This document shows, piece after piece, positions 1 to 14,312 of a stretch of 64,000 nucleotides of DNA (position 1 is its first letter; every line of letters starts with the position of its first letter). The notes below the pieces were generated by a model, which was not told the DNA's origin, did no database searches, and saw nothing but the letters and a program-made list of their open reading frames with translations. The stretch spans positions 86,304,001 through 86,368,000 of the forward strand of contig OX597819.1 in the NCBI GenBank assembly GCA_951406725.2. Reading direction: 5' to 3'. The translations under genes were made by a program, and so were the position numbers. This stretch comes from Octopus vulgaris. Its lineage: Eukaryota.

Positions 1-480
1 CCTCTTTCCTCTCCCACTCCCTTCTCTCTCTCTCTCTCTCACTCTCCTTCTAGATGAAATTGGTTCTATGTTGACTAAGGTGCCGTGTTATAGGAGCATA
101 CTTGGAATTTCGGTTGCAAAGTGAATCATTTCCGAATAACAAAGCCTAGCTTTTGGATGGCTTAGTCCGTCACTGTACCTCTCAGTTTATCTTTTTGTCC
201 ACCTGATTATTTGTGCCTGTCTCTGTTTACCTTTCTGTCAGTCTGTTTCTCTGTCTGTCTGTATCCCCCCACTCTCTCTCTCTCTCTCTCTCGCTCTCAC
301 GGTCTATCTCTTTCTTATACCGCCACTATATTTTGTTGGCCTCATCACTTTCTTTCTTCCTCTCTTTGTTTCCGTGTTTGTCATGGTTGTTACTGTTTGT
401 TATTTAGTTCCAGCTTCAATCATTCATGGCACTATTTATGTAGGATCATACTTCTCACTTTGGTGGCTCACAAAGTAAAG

Positions 481-790
481 GTGTATGGCTCAGTGGTTAG
501 ATTTTGAATTCGATTCCCGGATCGGGCTGTGTGTTGTGTTCTTGAGCAAAACACTTTATTTCACGTAACTCCAGTTCAATCAGCCGTTGAAATGAACAGC
601 GATGTCATTGGTACCAAGCTGTATCGGTCTTTGCCTTTCCCTTGGATAATATCGATGGCATAGAGAGGGAAAGGTGGTATGCATAGTTGACTGCCAGTCT
701 TCCGAAACAATCTTGGCCGGACTTGTGCCTCGGAGAGGAACTTTCTATGTGCAATCCTATGGTCATTCGTGACCAAAGGTGTTCTTCACT
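481..790 (+). mobile_element. tRNA-derived SINE (degenerate)
   Basis: A-box-like TGGCTCAGTGGTTAG and B-box-like GAATTCGATTCC, followed by the 'gtgttgtgttcttgagcaaaacacttta' body typical of SINEs. Confidence 0.6.
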
Positions 791-1311
791 TTTTTACCTG
801 ACATATTTGTTGTTTTATAATATTGCAAAACTGGTATCATTGTATGACTCGACACGAGATGCCAACGACACTTACCGTAAATTAATTTTCCGTTCACCAA
901 CGACAAGAAAGAACACGATAATATGATTAAGTCAATCATTGTTATTAAGCTCCACATTCTTATTCTTGATATCTGTACAAAACAAAAAAAATAAATAAAA
1001 CAAAATAAGAATAAAGCTGAAGTAATTCATATTGGGGCAGATAAGAAATGCAATGATAGACTCAAAGAAAGAGTAAAACAACACACACGAATTGTCTATT
1101 TTACGCGGACAATGAACTCTAAAACTAAAGATTAAATCTTCATCTTGTAAGAAAAATGGTGTAAATATTTGATATTGCTTGAGGTACAATATTCCTGAAA
1201 ACAAAATATCTTATTCCTGGAAATTCTTTACTTGAAAATCCTCTGCATGATTTCAATAGACCTTGGACCAAACAACAAAAACAACAGCCTGAAGCAATTT
1301 CCTTCTGCATC

Positions 1312-1470
1312 TATGTGTGTATGCATGTATGTATGTACGTATGTATGTATGTATTTATGCATGTATGTATCTATGTATTTATGTATGTGCGTATGTATCT
1401 ATGTATGTATGCATGCATGCATGCATGCATGTATGTATGTATGCATGTATGTATGTATGTATGTATGTAT
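1312..1470. repeat. (TATG)n/(CATG)n microsatellite
   Basis: direct inspection. Confidence 0.95.
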
Positions 1471-1605
1471 TTGTTTGAGATTTATGTAAGTTCTTTAGGT
1501 TCTGCCAGTCGCATACTAAACAAGACATTTTGAATTAAGACAGTTTCTACGTTTTCGTGTAAACCTGTAGATTTGTATGTATATATGTATGTGTGTTGCG
1601 TGTGA

Positions 1606-1660
<55 letters not shown>

Positions 1661-1661
<1 letters not shown>

Positions 1662-1890
1662 AAAATATTTTTATACTCTGAGAGGAGACACTTGACAGGA
1701 CTCCATAAATGCTAAAAGGACAGTTAAAACCCAAACCACGAAAAAAGAATTCATGGGGTACGCTGTTATAACACTAGAACGAACAGCGAGCTGCATGAAT
1801 TCTTTTTTTCGTGGTTTGGGTTTTATCTGCCCTTTTTAGCATGTAAGGAGTCCTGTCAAGGGTTTCTTCTCTGTGTATGAAAATATTTTA
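1661..1890. repeat. Foldback element: ~95-bp inverted repeats with ~38-bp spacer next to (TA)n(TG)n
   Basis: cttgacaggactcc...aaaacccaaaccacgaaaaaagaattcatg is mirrored by catgaattctttttttcgtggtttgggtttt...ggagtcctgtcaag. Confidence 0.85.
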
Positions 1891-2049
1891 TAGACTCTTA
1901 TACTTAAAAAAATATGTTGTATCTTATGACATATATTTATGCATGCTAACCACTGCCAATAAATTATTTTAATTTATTACTCTCATGTCATTTGTATGAA
2001 TTTAGAAAAGGATGCATATCTTATCTAAAACAACTTTGAAAACAAATTG

Positions 2050-3165
2050 GAACAAATAATCTTGAAAATTCTTTTACCATATCTATTCATTGAATTCACC
2101 GTTAGCATCAGTGGCTGTTTCAATATGGAGTCGGAAGCATTGACACACACGAATCGGATAATCTTTGTCAACTTGAGAGATATTGCTGGTTATAGTGGAC
2201 TCGAGAGATTGTAAGGTATTATGGAATTGTTGATTGAGCTCTCTCTCGATTATGCCTCGTACGTCGTAGTCTATTGGATTGAGATCTGGTGAGCTACGAG
2301 GCCATATGTCTGGGAGAATGTGATCATGGTGATTGGTACGCATCATCCACGCTTGGGTTGTCCTAGCCTTATGAGACAACACTGAGTCTTGTTGGAAGGC
2401 GTGCGGTCTTCTGATGCGACTCCGTCCATCCCGGCTCTCACACATTTCTGTGAAGATAGCCTAACTCTTCTCTCGCTTCTGACGACTCTCAGAACCATGA
2501 AAGTTACTGGGAACTTAGAATACATAACCTTTGGAACTACATGCAGGTCTCTGCATGGCCATCTGTCATACTTGTAGTTTACCTTTCAGTCTTGATCGAA
2601 GTTTTTCTCATCGGAGAAAAACGAAAGCGTTCCAACCTCTTTGTGTTTTAACTTGATTAACAATTGCTTTGTATGGGTCAAAGGATTCTCTCTTTTCTCG
2701 TCCGACATAATCTGACCCTTCTGCACCACATACGACTGCTACCGGATGTCCTCATGCACAACTCTTCTGACGGTACAATCTGAAACCTTGAAATGCTTTG
2801 CAATGGCTCTGATTGACTTCCCAGGATTTTATTGATAATTTCTTGGACATTTTGTTCTAAATTGTGTTCTGGTGGTATTAGGACCCTGTGTATGCGTTTT
2901 GCTTTTAGTTGCTGATGTTGAATCCTTATCATCAACTTCAAGCTCCTTTCGAACTCACACAACAAAGAGTGAGGTAACTTTCAAGAAGTGAGCTACTTTT
3001 GCCTCACTATGTTGTGCTTTTAAAGCAACGATTATTGCGTAACTTTTCATTTGCTAAGTCAACCTGATGTCCACATTATTTTTCTGGAAAATAGGGTTTA
3101 AAAAAATAATAATTAGAAGACAGTTAGATCTCTTGAAAGAGGTGTCCTGCAAAATATGATGCACG

Positions 3166-3168
<3 letters not shown>
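2050..3168 (-). pseudogene. Decayed Tc1/mariner transposon, maT/DD37D-like transposase
   Basis: Minus-strand motifs FFSDEKNFD (~2600), FQQD and WPRSSPDLNPIDY (38 residues between D2 and D3). Right end TA-CAGCGTGCATC abuts a (TA)n tract. Multiple frameshifts. Confidence 0.8.
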
Positions 3169-3248
<80 letters not shown>

Positions 3249-4025
3249 TGTGTTGATGGAATTCAAAGTGCTCGCACCGTTTACCATGAACCATTTATTA
3301 AAATTACACAAGCTCCTTTGCTTACCTTTATTGCAGGAAACTGACGATAAACATACCAAGGAAAGAAGCTACCAGGTTTTTTTCGGTTTTCAATAGCGAC
3401 AAAAGATTTCATGTGGGAAATAGATTAATGTGCTCCAAGGACTGATGTTGACCAAAAGAAAAACAAAAAAATAGCAATCACTCTAATTTGAATCACTCAA
3501 GTCATAGAATCAAATTTAACAATTACTCTGTTTAAGTTACTTCTGGATTCTACCAGAATACAAAGAGCCGCATTTAAAAAGAACCTAATTCTTCATACTC
3601 TGATAAGAATTCTATTACATGTTGTTCATTTGTCATCAATTTCTTCAACAGTATATTCTATAAGTATGTATTCAATTTTGTTCATGTGTTTAAAAAAAGA
3701 TAATTTGAATTCCCATTTAGCCCCATGCAAATCTTGCATTGAAATCTTTAAAACAACCCTTGACTTACCTCGGCTACTCATATTTTAGCATTTACCAAAA
3801 AACTATTGAAATAAGAGTATTCGGCAAGATCGATACCTCTGCAAAAACTTGGGACAAACAGCCTTGATTTTCAAGTTATTTTCTCTAAAGTTTACTTTAA
3901 AATCCTTAAAACAATCGCTGGAATTCTTTGTCTGCTCGAAATGCAACTAACATATTCAACAATTAATATATCGGCGATTATTGCTGTTGCTGCTCCTCTC
4001 TGTATGTCTGTCTGTCTGTGTGTGT

Positions 4026-4064
<39 letters not shown>

Positions 4065-5006
4065 AAACGATTAAACCATGGATTTCTGGGCTGAACGACT
4101 TCTCTGTATTCCTTTTACATTCATTTACACAAAATCTCGAAAAATAATTCTTTAGCCTTATTTTGAAATGTTAGTAGGCGTACACGTTTTTGTAACCGAT
4201 TTTCCTTTCGAAGCGTTAATAATCTCTCCAGTTCATCGATAGATTCTTGTCATTTCTTAGCTATTATCGCCAACCGCATGGCGATAATAGCAAGGAAATG
4301 CAGTTTTTCTTATCTTAAATAACAGCAGAGATAGCTGAATGAGACAACTACAAACCACATCCGATAACATTTACTTTTCCTCTTCTTTCTTATAAATTTA
4401 TTATATTCATTTTGATTTCTAAATTAAATGATATCCTTTTCTGCGCGACTGTGGTATTTGTAGATAGAGATATCTTCGTTTTGCATGACGTCCTTGAAAT
4501 AGTAAGTTTTTCAGGGATTCGTAATGTAAATGCGATATAAATGTCGAAGTAGGAATTACTTTAGGAAGAATAAAAGCGATGAGAGAAATAAGAATAGTTG
4601 TCGATAAAGAAATATTTTAATTTGAGAGTTTTACCATTGAAAATGCCATGAGAAGTTACGCGGCAAGTGAGTCATATACCAGAAGTTCCACTCTCTGTCT
4701 CTATTCTTCTCGGTATATATAAAAATACATACATACACGCGAGCTCAAACGTACATTTCCTTTACAGGTCTCAACCATCGCAAAATATTCATTTCTGACT
4801 TTTTCATCTGCACCTCCGTCAGAGTCATTTACTCCATAAGATGCTTTCTTGGCGTAACAGTTGTCATTTAGCCAACAGATTCGCCGAACACCTACGTAAC
4901 ATCAGTCTCCCGAATAAAATCCTCGTTCACGTCAATTCTGCTCAGTGGACCGGACCACCCTATCAAACACCTCACAGTGTTTGACTTGGTCTTACACGAG
5001 GAAAGC

Positions 5007-5092
5007 AATTCATCTTTTCTCTTCGAATCACTCGTCATATCATCTTTTTTCTTCGAATCACACGTCAGGTCATCTTTTCTCTTCGAATCACA
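5007..5092. repeat. Three ~30-bp tandem repeats (catcttttctcttcgaatcac...)
   Basis: direct inspection. Confidence 0.85.
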
Positions 5093-5599
5093 CCCCTTCG
5101 GTCCCAAATCTCAAATCACCATCCACTTCCCTGTAATTTCTTCCACAACATACACGCACATCCAACAAACGCCTCACATTCAGCCATCCATACATATACA
5201 CGTTCGCACATATACATATATACATGCATAAACACACACTCACACACACTCACACACTCACACAAACACCTACACATTTCTTGTATCGCCTACACATGTA
5301 ATGATGAAAGTACAGAAACACGTACAGAAGTTTTCATACATACATTCAAATACCTACTCACGCTCACACATGCTCATACACTCGAACACACACATACATA
5401 CGCATACACACAGCAGCAGCAAGGACACACACTACATACATACGCCCTTCTTTATTTGTAGGTTTTTCCGATTTAATCATCTTAGATCGAAAAGTTTCCC
5501 TTGTATCTTTATTGAATGGTTGCTCCATGCTTGCATTCTCAATTAATTTTCTTCAGCACAATAATCATGCAAATTTAAAACATGGTGGGTACAAGTGTG

Positions 5600-6350
5600 C
5601 CACTTTGTTTAACGTAAGGAAGACAGTTTACTTTGATATAATACTCGACCTTACATACTGCTACGAATGACTTGATTCATTTGGTTTAAGTGGTTTGGAT
5701 ATCCATATTTCTTAAGGACTCTCCATAATGCTGCGTTTCAGAAGTTTGTCCAAGGCTTTAACCAGATCATAATCGATAAAAAATTCGCTTTCTCTTATTT
5801 CTTCACTTTAGTTGAAGTTGGGATTCGACTAGCTTGTCTCAAATAGTTGGTTAGGTTGATCAGTAAAATTCAAAGCAAGATTTCCGTGAAGATGGTCAAT
5901 TTAGCAAATTTTCGTTCCCATATTCCGAGAATCTTGTCCGTACTATTCAGGAAGAATAGAATTAAAATCAGAAGCTTTATAACCATGCATCTGGAAGTTT
6001 GAAAGTGTTAAAAATCGACATGGTAGTAACAAAAACAGTTTGTCTGTTCAGTGTGTTTTTCAAGATTTCAGTTCAACCATTTCAGGTTGCTTTATCACTT
6101 GCCAAAATACTGATATCTTTAGCTTTGATTGGTGCCACTCCATTGATGGAGTAGCACAGACATTCATGATCTTGGTTAGTATAGCCTTGGGTATCATTGT
6201 CATTGGCTCGCTACCACTCGTTTCGAATTCTACAAATTCATGTTTGAACATCAACCCTGAGGACATTTTATTACGACGTTTCGAGATGCCTGATGTAAAC
6301 AAAAACAATGAAAGCGACGATGAAAGATGAGGAATGGGCACATTTGACAT
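5600..6350 (-). pseudogene. Highly degenerate LINE reverse transcriptase remnant (possibly RTE-like)
   Basis: Minus-strand peptides resembling RT motifs (FLNSTDKIL; DYDLVKALDK ~ DxxKAFD). Heavily decayed. Confidence 0.3.
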
Positions 6351-6642
6351 ATTTCATAATTGTTGCTTCTTCATCATCACCCATCCAACCCAATAATCAT
6401 CCACAAACTCATTGCTTAAATAACCACTTAATATAGCAGTGAAAATACCATGTCCCTACAAGTCTTTAATATATATGTAGCAGCTTCCAGGAATTTGTTT
6501 AATATGTAAATTCGGTATATCTAAGAGCGTTACTATAGGATAAATAGATATCTATATATTTATATTTAGATATTCATCATCTGAAAATATTCAATCTTTC
6601 CTTCTTTCTGTTTGCATGTGTATATATACATACATACATACA

Positions 6643-6696
<54 letters not shown>

Positions 6697-6937
6697 ATGA
6701 CAAGAATAAGAAATCATGTGCACTTCATCTTAGAAGCTTCGTTGACATTACAGGGTGATACAGAAGCACTTAACAGCAGAACAGCTGTAAGCTAATGAAG
6801 TTCGTTACATAATTTCTTATTCCCTTCTCATTTTAATTTTTTATTACTGATCTGTACTTGACTGACACTTTGTTCTGAAGCGTATGTATGTTATATTTTA
6901 ACACGGAGTTATTAATATCGCTATCCCTAAGCGAAAA

Positions 6938-7185
<248 letters not shown>

Positions 7186-8530
7186 CAGTGCTCCGAAATC
7201 AATCCACAAACATCGGAAACAAAGACATCGCATGGAGCTAAAAAATTAACTGACAAAGGATTGGACTATATCCGAGTAAGTAATACTTATTGAAATTTAT
7301 TACTATTTTCAAAACGAAATGATGTATTTTAACTCGATATCATCTCCACCTCTAACACAACACATGTCATGCTTGATACATTACGATCCATCAACACCAG
7401 ATCATCTTCGGCCCCAAATACCATGTACAAAAAACTACGAATAAATTAAATAATACCGGTATTATTCAACCCAGGAAAAACAACCGGGAAGTACGTACTG
7501 TAAACTTACAACATAAAATGTACGAAAAGCTACACGTGCAAAACAATGTGACAACAGAAATGAACGGACCGGTACCCTACGAAAGCGACGACCGTCAAAA
7601 TAATGGGCCGGGCGTTGTTCTTCATGTCCCGCAAATAAAACCCAAAAGACATAAATGGACACGCGAGGAATACATTTCTATCCTACACGCATACTTTACA
7701 GCAGTGCTCTACCCAAAGAATGAAAATACAAGAACACATACATACAAAATATGGAAGAAAAATAACATAAATAAAGACCTGGATACAACAATGAACCCTA
7801 ATAAACTAGCAAATATACGGAGATATATTCTCAACGCAAAAAAAATATCAGAAATAGAAATAGAACATTTAAAAGAAAAAATACATCAGGAAAATGTAGA
7901 TAGAAGCTACACAACAATGCCAAATAATACAAACACTGAAACAGTAAAACACGAAGACAAACGTAACATTCCCAACAAAACAAAAAACAACAAACCCAGA
8001 CCGTAAGGATGCATAATAATACACGACAAACAGCAAGCCGAAACACGGCAAACAAACGTATAAATAAGAAAGAAAGCGACACAAAGCTAAAACCTGGAAA
8101 CAACGAAGTGGAGCCTAATGATTATGAAACTATAAAAAGTAGAATAATCAAAGAACTGAAAACCACAGAGATCAAAATGGACCACCGACCATATCTCCCA
8201 AAAATCAAAATAGACAAAACAACAACACCAATTATAAACAACATAAACCTAGCCGTCACGGAACTAATAGCCACTGAAACAAAAAGCGATATCACTGAGC
8301 TAAATGACTTAGTATACGCAGCAGCCACTGCAGCCACAAAAGAAGCTGGATACTCACTCAAACCCATCCAAACAGGAGTACTACCACCCAAACAAACCCT
8401 GTGGATAAATAACATCCAAAACAAAATACAAAAAATGAGAAAAAATCTGTCAATTCTTAATGAAATCAGTAGACAATCAACGCTACTGAGCAACAAAAAA
8501 AAACAAAAATACTCCGCAAATACAGTACCA
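7186..8530 (+). mobile_element. R4/Dong non-LTR retrotransposon, 5' UTR and N-terminal ORF region (family A), with in-frame disruptions
   Basis: KRHKWTREE..., NKLANIRRYI and ITELNDLVYAAA align by eye with the N-terminus of the intact element at 21564 (KEKWSRED, NKLANVRRNI, ITNLNHLYYASA). Confidence 0.8.
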
Positions 8531-8544
8531 ACTAAGCAACTGGA

Positions 8545-9313
8545 AGGCATCCAGTTAAGGATATTGTAGCTGTAACTTATAACTGGGACGGCTAAAGTGT
8601 TGATACCTATTATCTTGTTTTTACATTGAGCTCTGTTTTCAGTATTGATCTAACTCGTCTATAATATTCTTTTTTTTATTTTCTCTTTCATTTGTGTGTG
8701 TTGTGTCTTGTCTAGTTCATGGATTCCTAAGTATTTGTAAGTTTGGCTTTGGTCTAATTCTTTTATTTCATTGGTTTTATCTAGTGTGATGTTGCTACTC
8801 TTTACTAGTTTTCCTCTTTTCAGGGTTACTTTGGCGCATTTTTCTAATCCAAATTTCATATCTATTTCTTTGGTAAATCCATGAACTGTCTTTAGTTTGT
8901 CATTTGTAGCGTATAGTTTTAGGTCATCCATATATAGAAGGTGGCTGATCGTTTTGCCGTAACATTTATATCCGCATCCAATTCTATTTAGCATATCAGA
9001 TAGAGGTAACAGTACAAAGCAGAAAAGGACTGCAGAGAGCGTGTCTCCCTGGAATATTCCTCTTCTAATGGGGATGGCTTTGGTTTTCATGAGTCCCTCT
9101 TTTGTTTGGAGCTGTAGCACTGCTTGCCATTTATTCATAGAGTGACCTATGTATTTTATAATTGTTGGTGCAACTTTGTTAATGGCTAGTGTTTCGAGGA
9201 TCCATGTGTGGGGAATGCTATCAAACGCCTTTTTGTAGTCGATCCAGGCCATACTAAGGCCTTTCTTCTTTCTGTAGCTGTCTTCGGTTATGGCTTTATT
9301 GATCATTTATTGA

Positions 9314-9315
<2 letters not shown>
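8545..9315 (-). mobile_element. R4/Dong RT fragment (inverted relative to the adjacent 5' part)
   Basis: LSMAWIDYKKAFDSIPH, GIFQGDTLS, HLLYMDDLKLY, FGLEKCA, YKYLG, continuing after a frameshift into EYYRRVRSILKTELN. Confidence 0.9.
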
Positions 9316-9348
<33 letters not shown>

Positions 9349-9349
9349 T

Positions 9350-9940
9350 ATTGTCTTTGCACAGCTTCTAACGCCGGAGATGTACTACGGTGCCAGCTGT
9401 TCACTACCAGTGAACTAAGGTAAAACCCCTTATTTTTCGAGCACTCTCCGGAGTATTTGATCGATTCCAAGCAGTGCTGTCTTCTGGAAGTGCTCTACAC
9501 TTATTGCAGCCCCTATTTGTTCCATGTATTTTTCAAGATTTTTACTCACTTTTCCCAGGACTCCGACAATTATTAGTATTACTAGTACCTTTTTCATTGA
9601 CCACAACCGCTTAACCTCTCAAGCTAACCCGTCATATCTGTCGATTTTTCTTTCTTCCTTATCGCATACCTTGTTGTCAGTTAGGCAGTTATGTCAGTTA
9701 TGATCCAGCATCGTTTGCTTTCTTTCTCAATTAACACTTTGTCTGGTTTCCTATTCTCTATCTCATGGTCGCACTGAGTCATAAAATTCCATAGGATGTT
9801 TGCATTATCACTTCCGATGATGCCTTCGGGTTTATGTTCGTACCACATTTTTTTGCTCTGTCAAGTTCATAATTGTTGCAAAGTGTCCAATGGACAATCC
9901 TTGCTATATTGTCATGACGTCTCTTATATTCTTTCTGGAG
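9350..9940 (-). mobile_element. 3' fragment of a Dong-like element (REL endonuclease region, decayed) with (TAA)n tail
   Basis: Minus-strand RHD..ARIVHW, WYEHKP, ILWNF, RKPD, IIVGVLGKV and QKTALLG-like motifs; ends in TAA repeats. Confidence 0.75.
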
Positions 9941-9944
9941 TAGT

Positions 9945-10697
9945 GGCGTATTTTTTTTGCGTTGAGAATATATCTTCGTACGTTAGCTAGTTTATTAGGG
10001 TTCATTGCTGAATCCAAATCTTTATTTATATTATTTTTTTTTCCATATTTTATATGTATGTGTTGTTGTGTTTTCGTTCTTTGGGTAGAGCACTGCTGTA
10101 AAGTAAGCGTGTAGGATAGAAATGTATTCCTCACGTGTCCATTTATGCCTTTTTGGTTTTATTTGCGGGACATGAAGAACAGCGTCCGGCCCGTTATTTT
10201 GATGGTCGTCATTTTGGCAGGGTACCGGTCCGTTCATTTCTGTTCTCTCATTGTTTTGCACGTGTAGTTTTTCGTACTTTTTGCGTAACAGGTTCAAAGT
10301 ACGTACTTCCCGATTGTTATTCTTAGGTTGAATAATACCGGTATTATTTAATTTATTCGTAGTTTATTTTTCGTACATGGTGTTTGGGGCCGGAGATGAT
10401 CTGTTATTGATGGATCATAATGTATCAATCTTGATTACATGGTTGGAGATGATATCGAGTTAAAATACATCATTTCGTTTTGAAAATAGCAATAAATTTC
10501 TATGAGTATTACTTACTCGGATATAGTCCAATCCTTTGTCAGTTATTTTTTGGCTCTATGCGATGTCTTTGTTTCCGATGTTTGTGGATAGATTTCGGAG
10601 CACTGTTTTATCGCTCTCACATGTTAAACGTCCCCCGGTGTTCTCCCGTTAAGCGTCCTCCGGTGTTCTCCGGTAAACGTCCGCCGGTGTTCTCCCT
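9945..10697 (-). mobile_element. Second copy of the family A Dong 5' end, including terminal 24-bp repeats
   Basis: Near-identical reverse complement of 7186-7850; extends further 5' to a (TAA)n tract. Confidence 0.85.
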
Positions 10698-10728
10698 TAT
10701 TATTATTACTATTATTATTATTAATAGT

Positions 10729-10780
<52 letters not shown>

Positions 10781-10785
10781 TAATT

Positions 10786-10855
<70 letters not shown>

Positions 10856-10859
10856 TTAA

Positions 10860-11391
10860 TGGCTCTCATGGCTTCTGATCTTAACTGATTGGAAGTGTTA
10901 TCATGTACATTGTTTTGTCTTGGTATAAAAGATGGGCTACAGCAAATATTCTGCTCAATACCACAGATTTGCTTGTCAGTTGTTTGACCTTAACCGGTTG
11001 AGCATGTCCCTTAGTGGCTGACGATATGTGCATCTCTGATCACGAGCAGAAGTAGTGGGGGAGCATCATAGCCATGTGTTGAGAAGGATTCTTTGGGGTT
11101 TGAATAATTCACCTCTGGAAACATGGGTGTTTCGTTCAACGTCCTTAAACAACCCTTATTCAGGGACCTTTTGAGCGGGATGGGTTACTCGATCTGAAGA
11201 AAATTCTAACTGGGCTCCACCTGCAAGGTCATGTGCTGTTTATCTTGATATGAGATCACCATGCCGCGCACATATGGTTGTGATGCATGTGCCTGGTGTA
11301 CCCTTATCAGACGGGTAGTCATGATGGGTATACTGGGCTTCGTATATTTTACCCCAGTGTCACTTTGATGGCATGCTCTGCTCGCTCACTC

Positions 11392-11392
<1 letters not shown>
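10860..11392. mobile_element. Unclassified ~530-bp repeat inserted between (TAA)n tracts (possible LINE 5' UTR fragment)
   Basis: Higher-GC segment cleanly bounded by AAT repeats; no ORF. Confidence 0.4.
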
Positions 11393-11441
<49 letters not shown>

Positions 11442-11592
11442 TAATATATACGCACAGAGATATTACTAGTAATAGAAGTTTAAATACATTTTGATATCTA
11501 CACATTTATTTTTATGCACGTGTACTTTAAGGTCAATAAAGATGTTCGCAGAGAATGGGAGTGAGAATCTACAGAAAATTATGTATCTATAT

Positions 11593-11655
<63 letters not shown>

Positions 11656-12327
11656 ATATTCATCAGTACATCAGTACTCAATTGGGCAACGTTATTTTTT
11701 ATCGTTGTATGAAATTACTTACTTAACAAATATATAGATATATATTTTTCTGTAGATTCTCACGCCCGCCCATTTTCTGCGAACATCTTTATTGCCCTTA
11801 AAGTACACGCACATAGAAATAGATGTGTAGATATCAAAATGTATTTAAACTTCTATGACTAGCAATATCTCTCTGCGTATATATATTTGTGCATGGGAAA
11901 AATGTGTGTCTATATGCATGCGATTTTCGTGCATGCGTGTTTGTGCTTATTCGTGTACAGGGATAATTTAGCTCTACTTGAAATAAATAAACTGTCTTTT
12001 TGTATTGAACATATAGATGCTGACGAAACATCGGCTATAAACGAAGTGTAGCTTCTTAACATGATATTGCATGTCACATATAAAGAAAGTTGATTATAAA
12101 CGATTTCCTGTGGAAAAAAAAACATAGTTGTTAAGTTTTCCAGCAGACGTTTAGTTTTCTTTCACGCAAGTACGAGAACGCATGCATACACAAATAACCA
12201 TACTTACACATTTTCTTGCATGTAACCATGAAAAAGTACTTAATCATACACAAACATATACACACACGCACACACACACACACACACAAACGCACACATA
12301 CTCACACACATATGCCTTTATACATGC

Positions 12328-12418
<91 letters not shown>

Positions 12419-13644
12419 GTTATATATACACATTTATATGTATATACAATTATATATGAACATATACATACACAGACATATGTGTGTATCTATCTACTTT
12501 TGTGGATATATATGTGTGTGAGTGTGTGAACCTGATGTTTACTACGTCTGTTTCAAGTATAGTAAGTTAGTTGTTTCATTAACTGAAATGGTAACATATG
12601 AGATTACTTTGTATATGATTCAGGAGAAACTCGCTTTACGGAATTCGTCGTAAGAATGCGAAAGAAGGAACCCACTATATTTAACACAGCAGGACTCTTG
12701 AATTACATGTACAAATGAGCGGAGATCGCTCCATAAATGTTTCTATCGACCAGCTTCTATCTACAAGGTTTGGTTAAACCCGAGGTTATCGATAAATATA
12801 CCCAGATGCACTGCATTAGAAACGTACTGGGACCTCATAATGGCGAAACGAATTTGTTAACCACTTAATCAGGAATGCGTCCATATGTACACCCACAGTC
12901 ACATATGCACACTTGAGCAGTCACATGCATACATATTGAATAACTAACTGTGCATCTGTGCGTAGGGACACGCACACACACACACTACCACCATCACCAC
13001 CACCGCACGCATAACAAGCCACTGCACAAAACTATATAACAACATAACAACACAGCAAAAGAAAAATGTGGATATGTATTTGGTACACATGCATATAAAT
13101 TGTATAGATATTGTATATTAAGAATAAAAAGAAAACGTATCCACGGAAACACATATTTAACACTCCTCATTCTTTCGACATTCAGCAACGTACAGATGTG
13201 TGTGCGTGCGCGCACATAGTGACATTTATATAATGTCTATGTATACATGTGTGAAAGTCATAGAATTTCTTCTTGTAATCTTGAATGACAGTAATAAAGT
13301 TATGTGTGATTCCAGTTTTTCGATCAGTCCTCATAGAGTTGTTGGTTTGAATGATTTCGTTTTTTTTAATCGACAGCTTTTTAAACGAATAAAAATATTT
13401 GTTCTTGTTTGATATTCCACATAAATTACTCACCGTTTATACTTCCATGTATGCACGAGAGAGAGAGAGAATGGGTATGAGATGCTATCGTTTAATGTGC
13501 AATAGCAATTGTTTTGTGTGTATGTATGTATGTATGTATGTATAAGTAAAAAGGAAATTGACCAGAGTGACAATGGAATCTCATATAATACACCTTCCGT
13601 GTTCATGTGAGGTGCTTCTGTGCGCGTGAAATAGATAGAATGAC

Positions 13645-13688
<44 letters not shown>

Positions 13689-14036
13689 CGAGAGAGAGAG
13701 AGAGAAGGGGTGTTTAAGTGCGTGTGTAAGTGAATCTACAAGAATGTGTGCGCGTAGGTACCTTGCATGATATTATACTTTTGTGATGAGAGCAACGAAA
13801 GAATTTCCTGTGTATAATTGCGTGGGCAAATGTTCGATTATGGATGTTATCTGTGAAGTTAATCGTTGTGAAGAAAATGTCTGTTACTTATTTATTCATA
13901 ACATTTATCTATTGATCGAGCTATCTGTTTCTTTTTACGGGCGCATGCATGCACAAGCACGCACACACACACACACATACATATACATATGCAAACATAT
14001 GAGTCTATAAGTATTTATATATATATGTATGTATGT

Positions 14037-14312
14037 ATCATCATCATCATCATCATCATCATCGTTTAACGTCCGTTTTCCGTACTAGCACGGGTTGGAC
14101 GGTTCGACCGGGGTCTGGGAATCCAGGAGGCTGCACCAGGCTCCAGTCTGATCTGGCAGCGTTTCTACAGCTGGATGCCCTTCCTAACGCCAACCACTCC
14201 GTGGGCGTAGTGGGTGCTTTTTACGTGCAACCGGCACAGGTGCCAGAGGAAGCCGGCAGCGGTTTCGTTCGGTTGGTGCTTCTTACGTGCCACCGGGACA
14301 GAAGCCAGTCAA
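14037..14312 (-). mobile_element. RTE-type SINE or LINE 3' fragment with (GAT)n tail
   Basis: (CAT)n followed by cgtttaacgtccg...ggatgcccttcctaacgccaacc, a typical RTE-related 3' signature. Confidence 0.6.

Noticed and set aside
6692-6835. Possible hammerhead (AGCT...GAACAGCTGTAAGCT) in a weak inverted repeat beside (TA)n
   Set aside because: CUGANGA core and helix II are not recognisable; too degenerate to call.
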